Assembly (NCBI GenBank): GCA_021798915.1
Contig: JAJZBM010000010.1
Span: 1,624 to 65,623 of the forward strand
From: Pseudomonadota bacterium
Lineage (GTDB): Bacteria; Pseudomonadota; Alphaproteobacteria; Acetobacterales; Acetobacteraceae
Reading direction: 5' to 3'
Length of the DNA: 64,000 nucleotides
Part shown: piece after piece, positions 29,771-40,242 of the stretch
How positions within the stretch are numbered: position 1 is the stretch's first letter
Layout: each line of letters begins with the position of its first letter
Position numbers and translations under genes: made by a program
Notes under the pieces: model-generated
Seen by the model: only the letters and a program-made list of their open reading frames with translations
What the model was told of the DNA's origin: nothing
Database searches by the model: none

Positions 29771-30541
29771 GTGCTGACCCTGCGGGTGATCCCTTGCCTT
29801 GACGTCAAGGATGGCCGGGTGGTGAAGGGCGTCAATTTCGTCGCCCTCCGCGATGCCGGCGACCCGGTGGAACAAGCCGCGCTTTATGATGCGGCCGGCG
29901 CCGATGAACTGACCTTCCTCGACATCACCGCGAGCCACGAGAATCGCGACACACTGCTCGATGTCGTCGCCCGCACCGCGGCACGTGTGTTCCTGCCGCT
30001 CACCGTCGGTGGCGGGGTACGCGGGGTCGAGGATATGCGCCGGCTTTTGCTCGCTGGTGCGGATAAATGCAGCATCAATTCCGCCGCCGTCGCGCGGCCG
30101 GAGCTGGTCGCCGAGGCGGCGCGAAAATTCGGCAGCCAATGTGTCGTCGTCGCGGTGGACGCCAAGGAGGCGGCGCCCGGGCGCTGGGAAGTGTTCACCC
30201 ATGGCGGCCGCCGCGCGACCGGGATCGATGCCATCGGCTGGTGCGAGCGCATGGCGGCGCTCGGCGCCGGCGAGATTCTGCTGACCAGCATGGATCGCGA
30301 CGGCACCGGCAAGGGGTTCGACATCCCGCTCCTGCGCCGGGTCTGCGCCGCCGTGCGGGTGCCGGTGGTGGCGTCCGGCGGGGTTGGCGAACTCGCCCAT
30401 TTCGTTGCTGGCGCCGAGGCTGGAGCGACCGGCCTCCTCGCCGCCAGCGTTTTTCACTTCGGCACTTTCCGCATCGATGACGTCAAGGACGCACTCGCCG
30501 CCGCCGGCTTGCCGGTGCGCAAACCGCGCATGCTCTCCTGA
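29771..30541 (+). CDS. hisF: Imidazole glycerol phosphate synthase cyclase subunit
   Basis: [50 protein letters not shown] and ASGG match HisF. GTG start. Confidence 0.95.
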   Translation: MLTLRVIPCLDVKDGRVVKGVNFVALRDAGDPVEQAALYDAAGADELTFLDITASHENRDTLLDVVARTAARVFLPLTVGGGVRGVEDMRRLLLAGADKCSINSAAVARPELVAEAARKFGSQCVVVAVDAKEAAPGRWEVFTHGGRRATGIDAIGWCERMAALGAGEILLTSMDRDGTGKGFDIPLLRRVCAAVRVPVVASGGVGELAHFVAGAEAGATGLLAASVFHFGTFRIDDVKDALAAAGLPVRKPRMLS

Positions 30542-30552
30542 GGGTTTGAAAC

Positions 30553-31062
30553 ATGGCCAAACCGGTCAAGAAGAAATCCGTGAAATCCACGAAAGCGACG
30601 AAAGCCGCGAAAGCCAAGGCGCCGGCCGGCAAGCGCCGCCGCGCGCGCGAGGCCGCGCCGCTCGCGCCGCCGCCGCCGCTCGCCCTCGGCCTCAGCGCAA
30701 GCGTACTCGACCGGCTCTATGCCGTGGTGCAAAGCCGCCGCGACGCGGACCCCGCGGTCAGCCACTCGGCGCGTCTTCTGTCCCGGGGGGTTGCCAAGGT
30801 CGCGCAGAAATTCGGCGAGGAGGCGGTCGAGTGCCTGATCGAGGCGGTGGGCGGCGACCGCGTCGCCCTGATCGCCGAAAGCGCCGATGTGCTCTATCAT
30901 CTCCTGGTTCTGTGGGTCGCGAGCGGGGTGCATCCGGAGCAGGTCTGGGCGGAATTGCAGCGCCGCGAGGGGGTCAGCGGCATCGCCGAAAAGAGCGCGC
31001 GCGGCGCCTCCGGGCGGAGCCTTCCGCTTGCCTTCGGTGTGCAAACGACGAAAATCCCCTGA
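30553..31062 (+). CDS. hisE: Phosphoribosyl-ATP pyrophosphatase with a ~48-aa Lys/Ala/Pro-rich N-terminal extension
   Basis: The core [48 protein letters not shown]...[13 protein letters not shown] is HisE. It is preceded by [42 protein letters not shown]. There is no in-frame alternative start between the ATG and the core. Confidence 0.85.
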   Translation: MAKPVKKKSVKSTKATKAAKAKAPAGKRRRAREAAPLAPPPPLALGLSASVLDRLYAVVQSRRDADPAVSHSARLLSRGVAKVAQKFGEEAVECLIEAVGGDRVALIAESADVLYHLLVLWVASGVHPEQVWAELQRREGVSGIAEKSARGASGRSLPLAFGVQTTKIP

Positions 31063-31102
31063 GCATCTATCCCGGTGGCAACCATTCAGGCGGAGAGAGA
31101 CG

Positions 31103-31495
31103 ATGCCGGTGAGCGGTCTTGGTCCTTATGACGAGCAGAACATCTTCGCCCGCATCCTGCGCGGCGAAATTCCCTGCCGGAAGGTTTTCGAGGACGAATT
31201 CGCCCTCGCCTTTCACGATATCGCGCCCCAGGCGCCGGTACATGTGCTGGTGATCCCCAAGGGTCCCTTCGTCTCCTTCGCCGATTTTTCGGCGCAAGCC
31301 GATACGGCGATGATCGCCGGGTTCTTTCGCGCCGTCGGCACCGTCGCCCGACAATTGGGGCTGGAGGTGGAGGGGTATCGCCTGCTCGCCAATATGGGGA
31401 AGCTGAGCGGCCAGGAAGTGCCGCATTTCCACGTCCACCTCTTTGCCGGAAAGCCGCTCGGGCGGATGCTGGTGGCGCCGGCCGCCGGGGAATAG
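31103..31495 (+). CDS. HIT-family (histidine triad) nucleotide hydrolase
   Basis: 130 aa with IFARILRGEIPCRKVFEDE, HVLVIPK and the triad HFHVHLF. Confidence 0.9.
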   Translation: MPVSGLGPYDEQNIFARILRGEIPCRKVFEDEFALAFHDIAPQAPVHVLVIPKGPFVSFADFSAQADTAMIAGFFRAVGTVARQLGLEVEGYRLLANMGKLSGQEVPHFHVHLFAGKPLGRMLVAPAAGE

Positions 31496-31502
31496 AACCG
31501 GC

Positions 31503-31937
31503 TTGCCGCGTTCCCTCGACACGCTCGCCGCGACGGCGGCGCTCGGCGCCGAACTCGCCGCCTGGCTCGCGCCCGGCCGCGCGCTTTTGCTCGCCGGGCC
31601 GCTCGGTGCCGGCAAGACGGCGCTCGCTCGCGCCATTCTCCGCACCCTGAGTGATGATCCGGCGCTCGACGTGCCGAGCCCGAGCTATACCCTGGTGCAG
31701 AGCTACGATACCGCCCGCGGCCCGGTCCATCATCTCGATCTGTGGCGGCTCGATGGGCCGGGTGGGCTCGTCGAACTCGGCTTTGAGGAGCTGCTCGCGG
31801 ATATGCTGATCATCGAATGGCCGGACCGGCTCGGCCCGCTCGCCCCGGCGCAGGCACTCACCGTCACCTTGACGCCGACCGGGCCGGAAAGCCGCGCCGT
31901 CCAGATCATCGCCCCGTCCGGAACTCCGTTCGCATGA
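31503..31937 (+). CDS. tsaE: tRNA t6A37 biosynthesis protein TsaE (P-loop ATPase)
   Basis: LLAGPLGAGKTALAR, SPSYTLVQSY, HLDLWRL and IEWPDRL match TsaE. The TTG start at 31503 is tentative, with an alternative TTG at 31443. Confidence 0.75.
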   Translation: MPRSLDTLAATAALGAELAAWLAPGRALLLAGPLGAGKTALARAILRTLSDDPALDVPSPSYTLVQSYDTARGPVHHLDLWRLDGPGGLVELGFEELLADMLIIEWPDRLGPLAPAQALTVTLTPTGPESRAVQIIAPSGTPFA

Positions 31938-32923
31938 CGCCCGAATTCACCGGTTTTCTCGCCGCACACGGTTTCGCCACGGCGAAAATCGAAGCGCTTC
32001 CCGGCGATGCCGGGTTTCGCCGCTATTTCCGCCTCCATGGCGGGCCGCGCCCGGCCCTGCTGCTGCACGCCCCGCTCGATCGCGAGGATCTCGGCGGATT
32101 TCTTCGTCTCGCCAGAGTTTTTGCCGAAGCCGGGTTGAGCGTGCCGGCGATCATCGCCGCCGATCCCGGGGCGGGGGTGGCGCTGGTCGAGGATTTCGGG
32201 AAGACCCTTTATGCCGAGACGCTGAACGGCGCGAACACCCTCGCCTATTACGACGCCGCGACCGACGCTTTGCCGACACTTCAGGCGATTCCCGCCCCCA
32301 CCGATCTCCCGGCGTGGGACGGAGCGGCGATGGCGGCGGCGGCGGCCGCGACGTTTCTCGATTGGTGGTGGCCGGCGGCGTTCGGCGCCCGTCCCGCAGC
32401 CGGGGTGCGCGCCGAATTCATGGCGGCGCTCGCGGACCTCCTCGCCCCGCTCGATGCGGCGCCGAAGGGGCTCGTCCATCGCGATTATTTTGCCGGCAAT
32501 CTCTTCTGGCTCGCCGAACGCGACGGGATCCGGCGGGTCGGCATCATCGATTTCCAGGACGCAGCTTACGGCCACCCCGGCTATGACCTCGTCTCCCTGG
32601 TCGAGGATGCGCGGCGCGATCTTCCCGAAGGTCTGGCCGCGCGCGAAATCACGCGGTTTCTCGCCGCCCGCCCCGACCTCGCGCCGGCGCCGTTCCGCGC
32701 CGCCTGTGTCGCGCTGGCCGCCGTGCGCCATGTCCGCGTCGCCGGGCTCTGGGTGCGCCTGGCGCTCCGCGACGCCAAACCCGGCTACCTCGTCCATGGC
32801 GAGCGCACCTGGGCACGTCTCGCGGCGGCGCTCGCCCGCCCCGAGGCGGCGCCACTCGCGGCGTTCTTTGCCCGCCACATCCCGCCCGAGCGATGCGGCA
32901 ACCCGGCGCTGGCCGCGGCATGA
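31934..32923 (+). CDS. amgK: Aminoglycoside-phosphotransferase-fold kinase, AmgK-like (MurNAc/GlcNAc anomeric kinase)
   Basis: The ATG overlaps the tsaE stop (ATGA). GDAGFRRYFRL, VHRDYFAGNL and IIDFQDAAYGHPGYDLVSL match the fold. It has the conserved position before murU. Confidence 0.7.
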   Translation: MTPEFTGFLAAHGFATAKIEALPGDAGFRRYFRLHGGPRPALLLHAPLDREDLGGFLRLARVFAEAGLSVPAIIAADPGAGVALVEDFGKTLYAETLNGANTLAYYDAATDALPTLQAIPAPTDLPAWDGAAMAAAAAATFLDWWWPAAFGARPAAGVRAEFMAALADLLAPLDAAPKGLVHRDYFAGNLFWLAERDGIRRVGIIDFQDAAYGHPGYDLVSLVEDARRDLPEGLAAREITRFLAARPDLAPAPFRAACVALAAVRHVRVAGLWVRLALRDAKPGYLVHGERTWARLAAALARPEAAPLAAFFARHIPPERCGNPALAAA

Positions 32924-33723
32924 CCCCTCCCCTCCCCGGTTCTTCCGCGGAGTCTTCCCCGGGATCCCCTCCTGGTGCCGCGATGCTGCTCGCCGCCGGG
33001 CTTGGGGCACGGATGCGGCCTTTGACGGCGGAGACCGCGAAGCCGCTGCTCCGGCTCGCCGGGCGGACGCTGCTCGATCATGCCCTCGACCGGCTGGCGG
33101 CGGCCGGCGTCGCGCGGGTGGTCGTCAACGGGCATTGGCACGCCGAACGGGTGCGCGCCCATCTCGCCGCGCGCCCAGGCGGGCCGGAGACGGTTTTCCG
33201 CCCCGAATCCACACTGCTCGATACCGGTGGCGCTGTCCGCGCCGCGCTGGCCGAGGGGTTGTTCGGCGGCGCTGTCGCGGCCGGGGCGCCGTTCTTCATC
33301 GTCAATGGCGACGCCTTCTGGCTCGACGGGCCGCACCCGGCCCTGGCCCGCCTTGCCGAAGCCTGGGCCGAGACGGAGATCGATGCGCTGCTTTTATGCC
33401 ATCGCACCTGCCAGGTCGCGGCCGAGGTCGGCGCCGGTGATTTTCTGCTCGACCCCTGGGGGCGGCCACGCCGGCGGGGAGCACGCGACATCGCGCCCTA
33501 TGTCTTCGCCGGTGTGCAACTGGTCTCGCCGCGGCTGTTCGCCGAGGACGACGCGGCGCTGCCGGCGGCGTTCTCGATGAACCGGCTCTGGGACCGGGCG
33601 ATCGCCGCCGGCCGCGCCCGCGCGTTGGTGCATGACGGTCTCTGGTTCCATCTCTCGACCCCGCCCGACCTCGCCGCCGCCGAAATCGCGCTCCGCCATC
33701 CGGCGATCGGCATGACGCGATGA
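32920..33723 (+). CDS. murU: Nucleotidyltransferase, MurU-like (MurNAc-1-P uridylyltransferase)
   Basis: MLLAAGLGARMRPLTAETAKPLL is the NTP-transferase motif. ATGA overlap with amgK. An alternative start at 32983 (MLLAAG) is possible. Confidence 0.7.
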   Translation: MTPPLPGSSAESSPGSPPGAAMLLAAGLGARMRPLTAETAKPLLRLAGRTLLDHALDRLAAAGVARVVVNGHWHAERVRAHLAARPGGPETVFRPESTLLDTGGAVRAALAEGLFGGAVAAGAPFFIVNGDAFWLDGPHPALARLAEAWAETEIDALLLCHRTCQVAAEVGAGDFLLDPWGRPRRRGARDIAPYVFAGVQLVSPRLFAEDDAALPAAFSMNRLWDRAIAAGRARALVHDGLWFHLSTPPDLAAAEIALRHPAIGMTR

Positions 33724-36716
33724 ATCTCTTCACCCTCCCGGCCGACATCCCGTTTCTCGACGCCATCGCCGCCGCCTGGCTCGATGAGAGTCGGGGCGAG
33801 GCTTCGGGCGAGGCGGGAGACATCGCCGCGGGGCTGATCCTCCTCCCGACCCGCCGCGCCGCGCGCGCCCTCGCCGAGGCGTTTCTGCGCCAGAGCGCCG
33901 GCCGGCCGCTGCTCCTGCCGCGGATCATCGCCATCGGCGCGCTCGATGAGGCGCCGCTCGCACTGGCTGGCGCGCTCGATCTCCCGCCTTCGGTCGCGCC
34001 GATGCTGCGGCTCGCCCATCTCACGCGGCTAATCCTCGCGCTCGACGGAGCCTTCGGCGCGCCGCGCGGCGCCGAGCGGGCTTGGCTGCTCGCCGTCGAA
34101 CTCGCCGCCTTGATGGACGAGGCCGAGCGCGAGGGTATCGACATCGCCGCCGCTCTGCCGGGCGCAACAGCGGGGCAATTCCCGCGCCATTGGCAGCAGA
34201 CACTGGAATTTCTCGCGATCGTCACCGCCGCCTGGCCGCGCTGGCTCGCCGATAACGGGCTGATGAACCCTGCCGCACACGCGGTTGCGCTGATCGCGGC
34301 GCAAGCCGCGGCCTGGCGCCGCGCGCCGCCGGAGGCACGGATCTGGGCGGCGGGCAGCACCGGTGGGATCCCGGCGGTGGTGCGGCTGCTCGGGGTCGTC
34401 GCGCGGCTGCCGCGCGGGCGGGTGGTGCTACCTGGATTCGACGGCGATGTCCCGGTCGAGGACGGCGCGGTTTTTCCGCCCGAGACCCATCCCATGGCCG
34501 GGATGCACCGCCTGCTCGCCGCCATCGGCGCAACGCCGGGCGATGTCCGCCCCTGGGAATGGGAAAAAACCCGACCGGCGCCGCTCGCGGCGCTTGCCCC
34601 CGGGCGGGCCCCCGGGCGGGCAGCGATCCTGGCGCGCGCCCTCCTCCCCGCTGGCGGGCTCGACCGCTGGCGGGAGGGAAGCGTCCCCGCCATCCCCGGC
34701 GTCACCCGCCTCGAAACCGCCGATGAGCATCAGGAAGCGCAGGCGATCGCGCTGATCCTGCGTGGCGCCCTGGAGCGCCCGGGGGCGCGGGCGGCGCTGG
34801 TGACACCGGATCGCGATCTCGCCTCCCGGGTCGTCGCCGAACTCGCGCGCTATGACGTCATTGCCGATGACAGCGCCGGCGAGGCGTTGATCGAAACCCC
34901 GCCCGCGGTGTTTCTCCGCCTGCTCGCTGCCGCCTGGGTGGAAGATCTCGCGCCGGTGCCGCTGCTCGCCCTCCTCAAGCACCCCTATGCCGCCGCCGGT
35001 CTGGCGCCGGAGGCCGCCCGCGATCTCGCCCGCCGGCTCGAACTGGCGGCGCTGCGCGGGCCGCGCCCGCCGGGGGGGATCGTCGGGCTGCGCCGTGTTC
35101 TCGCCGAGGTTGCGGACGGCGCGGCGCTGGAGGAGTTCATCCGCCGGATCGAAACCGCCCTCGCCCCGCTTTTGCGCCTCGGCGGGGTGGTCGCCCCACT
35201 TCCCGGCGCCGCCCTGTTCAGCGCCCTGATCGAGGCCGGCGAAGCCCTCGCCGCGACTGACGAGGAAGCCGGCACGGCGCGGCTCTGGGCGTTCGAGGAG
35301 GGGATCGCGCTCGCCGATCTGCTCGCCGAGGCGCTGGCGGCCTTCGCGGTTTTGCCACCGCTTCCGGCCATCTCTCTCCCCGGCCTGCTCGACGCCCTGC
35401 TCGCCGGCGCGGCGGTACGCTCACGCCGCGCCTTGCGCGGACGGAGCGGGGCCGAGCATCCGCGCATCTTCATTTGGGGGTTGTTGGAGGCGCGGCTGCA
35501 AAGCGCCGAGGTGATCGTGCTCGGCGGGCTCGCCGAAGGGGTCTGGCCGCCGAGCGTCGATCCCGGCCCCTGGCTCAGCCGGCCGATGCGCGCCGCGATC
35601 GGCTTGCCGAGCCCGGAAGCGGTGATCGGCCAGAGTGCCCATGATTTCGTCATGGCCGCCTGCGGCGCGCCGGAGGTGGTGCTTTCGTGCCCGCGCCGGC
35701 GCGAACGTGCCCCGGTCGTGCCGGCACGCTGGCTCACCCGGCTCGACGCGATGCTCGAAACCCCGCTCCAGCGCCACAAGGCGGCGGAGTGGGTGGCCGC
35801 GATCGACCAGCCGGTGGGCAAGCCGCGCCCGGTAGAACCGCCGGCGCCATGCCCACCGGTCCCCCTCCGCCCGCGCCGCCTCACCGTCACCGAGATCGAA
35901 ACCCTTTTTGCCGATCCCTACGCCATCTACGCCCGGCATATCCTCGGCCTGAAGCCGCTCGCCGCGCTCGACCCGCCGATCGGGCGGGCTGATTTCGGCG
36001 TCATCGTGCATCGTGCCCTGCGCCGCTTTTGTGACCGCCTGCCGAGCCTCACCAGCGCCGCGGAGATGGCCCGAGTCCTTGAAAACGAGGTCGAAGAGGC
36101 GCTCATCAAGGCAGCGATTCGGCCGGCGCTGGCCGCCTGGTGGCGGCCGCGTCTGCGGCGCATCGCGCACTGGGTCCCGGCGTGGGAAATGGCGCAGGAT
36201 CCGGCGCCACACCGCGCCGCCGAGCGGGCCGGCGAATGGGTGCTGCCGATCGCCGGCGGCTTCACCCTCGCCGGCCGCGCCGACCGGATCGAGCGGCGGG
36301 CCGATGGCGGCATCGTGCTGATCGATTTCAAGACCGGCGCCGTCCCGAGTGGCCATGATGTCGCGCAAGGGTCGGCACCGCAGCTTCCGCTGGAGGCGGC
36401 GATGGCGGAGGCCGGCGCGTTCGGCGAGGCATTCGCGGGGAAGGCAACCGCCCTCCTCTATCTCCATCTGACCGGCGGGGTGACGCCGGGGGCGGAACAT
36501 GCCTTGTTCGCCGCCGAGCCGGAAACGCTCCGCGCGGTCATCGCGGCGACCACGGCGCGGCTTGTCGCCTGTATCACCGCTTTCGCCGACCCGGCGACGC
36601 CGTATCGGGCGACCCCGTCCCCGGATCGCGCCGCCTGGCGTTCGGATTATGCGGCGCTGGCGCGGCAAAGCGAGTGGCAGGTGGCTGCGCCGGAGAGCGA
36701 TGATGACAGCGACTGA
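33720..36716 (+). CDS. addB: Double-strand break repair protein AddB (alphaproteobacterial type)
   Basis: 998 aa. ATGA overlap with murU. C-terminal PD-(D/E)xK nuclease-like GRADRIER..DGGIVLIDFKTG. It lies directly upstream of addA. Confidence 0.85.
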   Translation: MNLFTLPADIPFLDAIAAAWLDESRGEASGEAGDIAAGLILLPTRRAARALAEAFLRQSAGRPLLLPRIIAIGALDEAPLALAGALDLPPSVAPMLRLAHLTRLILALDGAFGAPRGAERAWLLAVELAALMDEAEREGIDIAAALPGATAGQFPRHWQQTLEFLAIVTAAWPRWLADNGLMNPAAHAVALIAAQAAAWRRAPPEARIWAAGSTGGIPAVVRLLGVVARLPRGRVVLPGFDGDVPVEDGAVFPPETHPMAGMHRLLAAIGATPGDVRPWEWEKTRPAPLAALAPGRAPGRAAILARALLPAGGLDRWREGSVPAIPGVTRLETADEHQEAQAIALILRGALERPGARAALVTPDRDLASRVVAELARYDVIADDSAGEALIETPPAVFLRLLAAAWVEDLAPVPLLALLKHPYAAAGLAPEAARDLARRLELAALRGPRPPGGIVGLRRVLAEVADGAALEEFIRRIETALAPLLRLGGVVAPLPGAALFSALIEAGEALAATDEEAGTARLWAFEEGIALADLLAEALAAFAVLPPLPAISLPGLLDALLAGAAVRSRRALRGRSGAEHPRIFIWGLLEARLQSAEVIVLGGLAEGVWPPSVDPGPWLSRPMRAAIGLPSPEAVIGQSAHDFVMAACGAPEVVLSCPRRRERAPVVPARWLTRLDAMLETPLQRHKAAEWVAAIDQPVGKPRPVEPPAPCPPVPLRPRRLTVTEIETLFADPYAIYARHILGLKPLAALDPPIGRADFGVIVHRALRRFCDRLPSLTSAAEMARVLENEVEEALIKAAIRPALAAWWRPRLRRIAHWVPAWEMAQDPAPHRAAERAGEWVLPIAGGFTLAGRADRIERRADGGIVLIDFKTGAVPSGHDVAQGSAPQLPLEAAMAEAGAFGEAFAGKATALLYLHLTGGVTPGAEHALFAAEPETLRAVIAATTARLVACITAFADPATPYRATPSPDRAAWRSDYAALARQSEWQVAAPESDDDSD

Positions 36717-39700
36717 GCCGGCGACGAGGGCGGATGGTAATCAGCGTCTGGCCTCCGACCCGGCGGCCTCGGCGTTCGTCGCCGCCTCGGCCGGGGCGGG
36801 CAAGACCAAGCTCCTGACCGACCGGATTCTGCGCCTGATGCTGGCCGCGACCGATCCCGGCAAGATTCTCTGTCTCACCTATACCCGCGCCGCCGCCGCC
36901 GAGATGGCGATGCGGCTCAACGCCGTGCTCGCCGACTGGGTTCGCCTCGACGACGACGCGCTCGCCGACGCACTGCAACGGTTGGGCGTGCGGGCGACCG
37001 CCGAGACGCGGGCGGCGGCGCGGCGGCTTTTCGCGCGTGTCCTGGAACTCCCCGGCGGGATGCGGATCTCGACCATCCACGCCTTCTGCCAATCGGTGCT
37101 GCGGCGCTTTCCGCTCGAAGCCGGGCTCTCGCCGCATTTCCGCCTGATCGAGGATGGCGACGCGGCGGCGGCGCTGGCGGCCTCGCGCGAGGCGGCGCTG
37201 GCCGGGATCGCGGGGCGGGCGGCGGATGAGGCGGCGCTCGACCATCTCGCGGCCTTCATCGACGAGAACGGGTTTTCCGACCTGATCGAACGGATCGGTG
37301 CCGATAGCGGACGGCTCGCGGCGTTCCATCGTCTCGGCCCGGAAGGACAAATCGCCGCCCTGCGCCGGGTTTTCGGCCTCGCGGTCGCGGACGAGGACAC
37401 GCTGCTGGCCGGCGCTGTCCTTTTGCCTGAGGAGAAAAAATTACGCGCAAGTTTGCGCGCTGTTGCCGAACGTGGCTCGCCTGCCGTCCGCGAGCGAGCC
37501 ATGAAGATGCTGAAATGGCTATCACTTTCCTTACCAGACCGTGCCGCGGAATGGCCTATCTGGCGTGATCTTTTTTGCAATGCCAATGGCTTGCCGACCG
37601 CGCCGAACAGGCTTGTCAATGACAAGCTGCGCGCCGCCGAGCCCGGTCTCGCGGACGCCGTCGATGCCGCGCAAGCGCATGTTCTGGCGATCGAGGATCA
37701 GCGCGCGGCGCTGGCGCAGGTCGCCGCGACCGCCGCCCTGGTCCGCCTCGCCGGCCCGGTCGCCGCGCATTATGCCGCGTTCAAGGAAGAGGCGGGGTTT
37801 CTCGACTATGCCGATCTCATCGACCGCACCGCCGATCTTCTCGCCGCCGAGCGGGTCGGCTGGGTGCTTTACAAGCTCGATGGCGGGCTCGACCATCTGC
37901 TGATCGACGAGGCGCAGGATACCGCCCCGGCGCAATGGCGGATCGTGCAAGCACTCAGCGGTGAGTTCTTCGCCGGTGACGGCGCGCGCGCCGCACGGCG
38001 GACGGTGTTCGCGGTGGGAGACGCCAAGCAGTCGATCTATTCCTTCCAGGGCGCCGATCCGAGCGCCCTCGGCCCCGCCCGCGACGCCTGGCGGGATGCG
38101 GTCCGGCAGGCCGGCGAGACCTGGCGGGATGTGCCGCTCGACGTATCGTTCCGCTCGACGGAGCCGGTCTTGCGTTTGGTGGACGCCGTTTTCGCCGATG
38201 ACGAGGCGCAGCGCGGCGTGGTCGCGAAGGGCACGGCGCTCCACCATTTCGCCGCCCGCCGCGGCGCCGCCGGGCGGGTGGAACTCTGGCCGCTCCTCGG
38301 CGCCGCGGCGGAAGACGGCACCGAACCCGAGGTGAGACCAGCGCCGGAGCGCCTGGCGGCAGCGCTCGCCACCTGGATCGCCGAACGCCTCGCGCAGGCA
38401 ACCCCGCTTCCCTCTCGCGCCCGCGTGCTTCGCGCCGGCGATATCCTGGTGCTGGTGCGCCGGCGCGACGGATTCTCGGCGGCGCTGGTGCGGGCGCTGA
38501 AGGCGAAAGGGGTGAAAATCGCCGGACTCGATCGGCTTTCCCTGACCGAACAACCGGCGGTTGCCGATCTTCTGACCCTCTGCGACGTGCTGCTTCTGCC
38601 CGAGGATGAGCTGTCGCTGGCCGCCTTGCTGGTGAGCCCGCTCGGCGGGCTCAGCGATGAGAGTTTGATGGCGCTCGCGCTCGGGCGGCGGGAGGGGCTA
38701 TGGCCGACCCTGCTCGCCCGCGCCGGGGAACGACCGGAATGGCGGGCAGCGGCGGATTTCCTGCACGCGCTCCGCGCCCGTGTCGATTTCACCCCCCCCT
38801 ACACGCTGCTCGCCGAAGCGTTGGGGCGGCTTGGCGGACGGGCGCGGCTCTATGCCCGGCTCGGCCCGGAAGCAGCCGAGCCGGTCGATGAATTCCTCGC
38901 CGCCTCCCGCGCCTATGCCGCGACCCATCCGCCGTCGCTGCAGGGCTTCGTCCACTGGCTGCGCGGCGCCGGCGCCGAGGTCAAGCGGGCGCCCGAGGCG
39001 GCGGGAGACGCGGTGCGGATCATGACCGTGCACGGCGCCAAGGGCTTGCAGGCGCCACTCGTCATTCTCCCCGATACCACGCGCCTGCCGCCGCCGGACC
39101 GATCACCGCTGTTCTGGACCCGAGATCCGCTCGGCGGCGGCGAGGTGCCGCTCTGGAGCCCGCGCAAGGCGATGCGAGCGAATCTGTTTTCACAAGCCGT
39201 GTTGCGAGAAAAAAAGCTGCGGCAGGAGGAGGATAACCGCCTGCTCTACGTCGCCCTCACCCGCGCCGAGGATTGGCTCGTGGTCTGCGGCTGGCAGGGA
39301 AAGCGGGCACTTTCGGAAGCAAGCTGGTACCGGCTGATTGCGCGCGGAATGGCACGGCTTCCCGGTGTCGCCGAGGAACCCTGCCCCGAACTCGGCCGCG
39401 AGGATGGGATGATACGCCAATTTTTCGCGACCCCGCAGACCGCGCCGGCCGCGCCCCCCGACCGGGAAGCGACCGCCGCCCCGGCGCCGCTCCCCGCCTT
39501 CGTCGGCCGTGCCCCCGATTGGCGGCCGCCGCCGCCGCCATCCGAGCCGAAATTGCCGCAACCGCTCGCGCCGAGCCGCCCGGAGGGGGTGGAGGATGGC
39601 CCGCCGCCTGCCGCCGTCTCACCACTCGTCACTTTCGCCGAGCGGGCGGCGGGACGCGGCAAGCAGGCCGGCATCGCCCGCGGCCGGTTGATCCACGCCC

Positions 39701-40176
39701 TCCTCCAGCACCTTCCCGATCTCCCGCCGGCGGCGCGGGCTTCGGCGGCACGGGATTTCCTCGCCCGCCCGAGCCACGGCCTCGATGCCGCGGCCGTGGC
39801 GAAGCTGGCTGGGGAAACCCTCGCCCTGCTCGATCACCCGATCCTGGCCCCCCTATTCGGCCCCGCCGGCCGCGCCGAGGTGCCGATCACCGGGTGCCTT
39901 GCGACCAAAGCGGGCGGACGCGTGGTCGGCGGCCTCATCGACCGGCTGGCCGTGCTCCCCGATCATGTGCTCATCGCCGATTACAAGACCAACCGCGCCG
40001 TGCCAGCGACGATGGCGGCGACACCGCGCCTCTATCTCCGCCAGCTCGCCGCCTATCGTGCCGTTCTGGCGGCGATCTATCCCGGGCGGGAGGTGGTCTG
40101 TGCCCTGGTCTGGACCGCGGTCGGGCGCGTCGACATCCTACCCGCCGCCCTCCTCGATCCGCTCACCCCGGCATGA
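36700..40176 (+). CDS. addA: Double-strand break repair helicase-nuclease AddA (UvrD/Rep superfamily 1)
   Basis: Walker A SAGAGKTKLLT, LLIDEAQDT, VGDAKQSIYSFQGA, TVHGAKGLQAP, YVALTRAED and the C-terminal nuclease LIADYKTN. The start at 36700 (MMTATEP) overlaps the addB end, and the track ORF from 36499 is an artefactual extension. Confidence 0.9.
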   Translation: MMTATEPATRADGNQRLASDPAASAFVAASAGAGKTKLLTDRILRLMLAATDPGKILCLTYTRAAAAEMAMRLNAVLADWVRLDDDALADALQRLGVRATAETRAAARRLFARVLELPGGMRISTIHAFCQSVLRRFPLEAGLSPHFRLIEDGDAAAALAASREAALAGIAGRAADEAALDHLAAFIDENGFSDLIERIGADSGRLAAFHRLGPEGQIAALRRVFGLAVADEDTLLAGAVLLPEEKKLRASLRAVAERGSPAVRERAMKMLKWLSLSLPDRAAEWPIWRDLFCNANGLPTAPNRLVNDKLRAAEPGLADAVDAAQAHVLAIEDQRAALAQVAATAALVRLAGPVAAHYAAFKEEAGFLDYADLIDRTADLLAAERVGWVLYKLDGGLDHLLIDEAQDTAPAQWRIVQALSGEFFAGDGARAARRTVFAVGDAKQSIYSFQGADPSALGPARDAWRDAVRQAGETWRDVPLDVSFRSTEPVLRLVDAVFADDEAQRGVVAKGTALHHFAARRGAAGRVELWPLLGAAAEDGTEPEVRPAPERLAAALATWIAERLAQATPLPSRARVLRAGDILVLVRRRDGFSAALVRALKAKGVKIAGLDRLSLTEQPAVADLLTLCDVLLLPEDELSLAALLVSPLGGLSDESLMALALGRREGLWPTLLARAGERPEWRAAADFLHALRARVDFTPPYTLLAEALGRLGGRARLYARLGPEAAEPVDEFLAASRAYAATHPPSLQGFVHWLRGAGAEVKRAPEAAGDAVRIMTVHGAKGLQAPLVILPDTTRLPPPDRSPLFWTRDPLGGGEVPLWSPRKAMRANLFSQAVLREKKLRQEEDNRLLYVALTRAEDWLVVCGWQGKRALSEASWYRLIARGMARLPGVAEEPCPELGREDGMIRQFFATPQTAPAAPPDREATAAPAPLPAFVGRAPDWRPPPPPSEPKLPQPLAPSRPEGVEDGPPPAAVSPLVTFAERAAGRGKQAGIARGRLIHALLQHLPDLPPAARASAARDFLARPSHGLDAAAVAKLAGETLALLDHPILAPLFGPAGRAEVPITGCLATKAGGRVVGGLIDRLAVLPDHVLIADYKTNRAVPATMAATPRLYLRQLAAYRAVLAAIYPGREVVCALVWTAVGRVDILPAALLDPLTPA

Positions 40177-40242
40177 GCGGGGCGCTTGATTGGCCGCCCG
40201 CCACGTCCCATTCTGATAGAGGAAACCTTCAGGAGTCTCACG

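Noticed and set aside
36499-36699. N-terminal extensions of track ORFs (addA from 36499, ccmB from 21481, hisE-neighbour HIT from 30887, glnB from 49167, glnA from 49865, amgK from 31817)
   Set aside because: The extensions overlap the preceding genes, are Arg/Pro-rich and lack conservation. Internal starts with stop/start overlap or RBS reproduce canonical N-termini.
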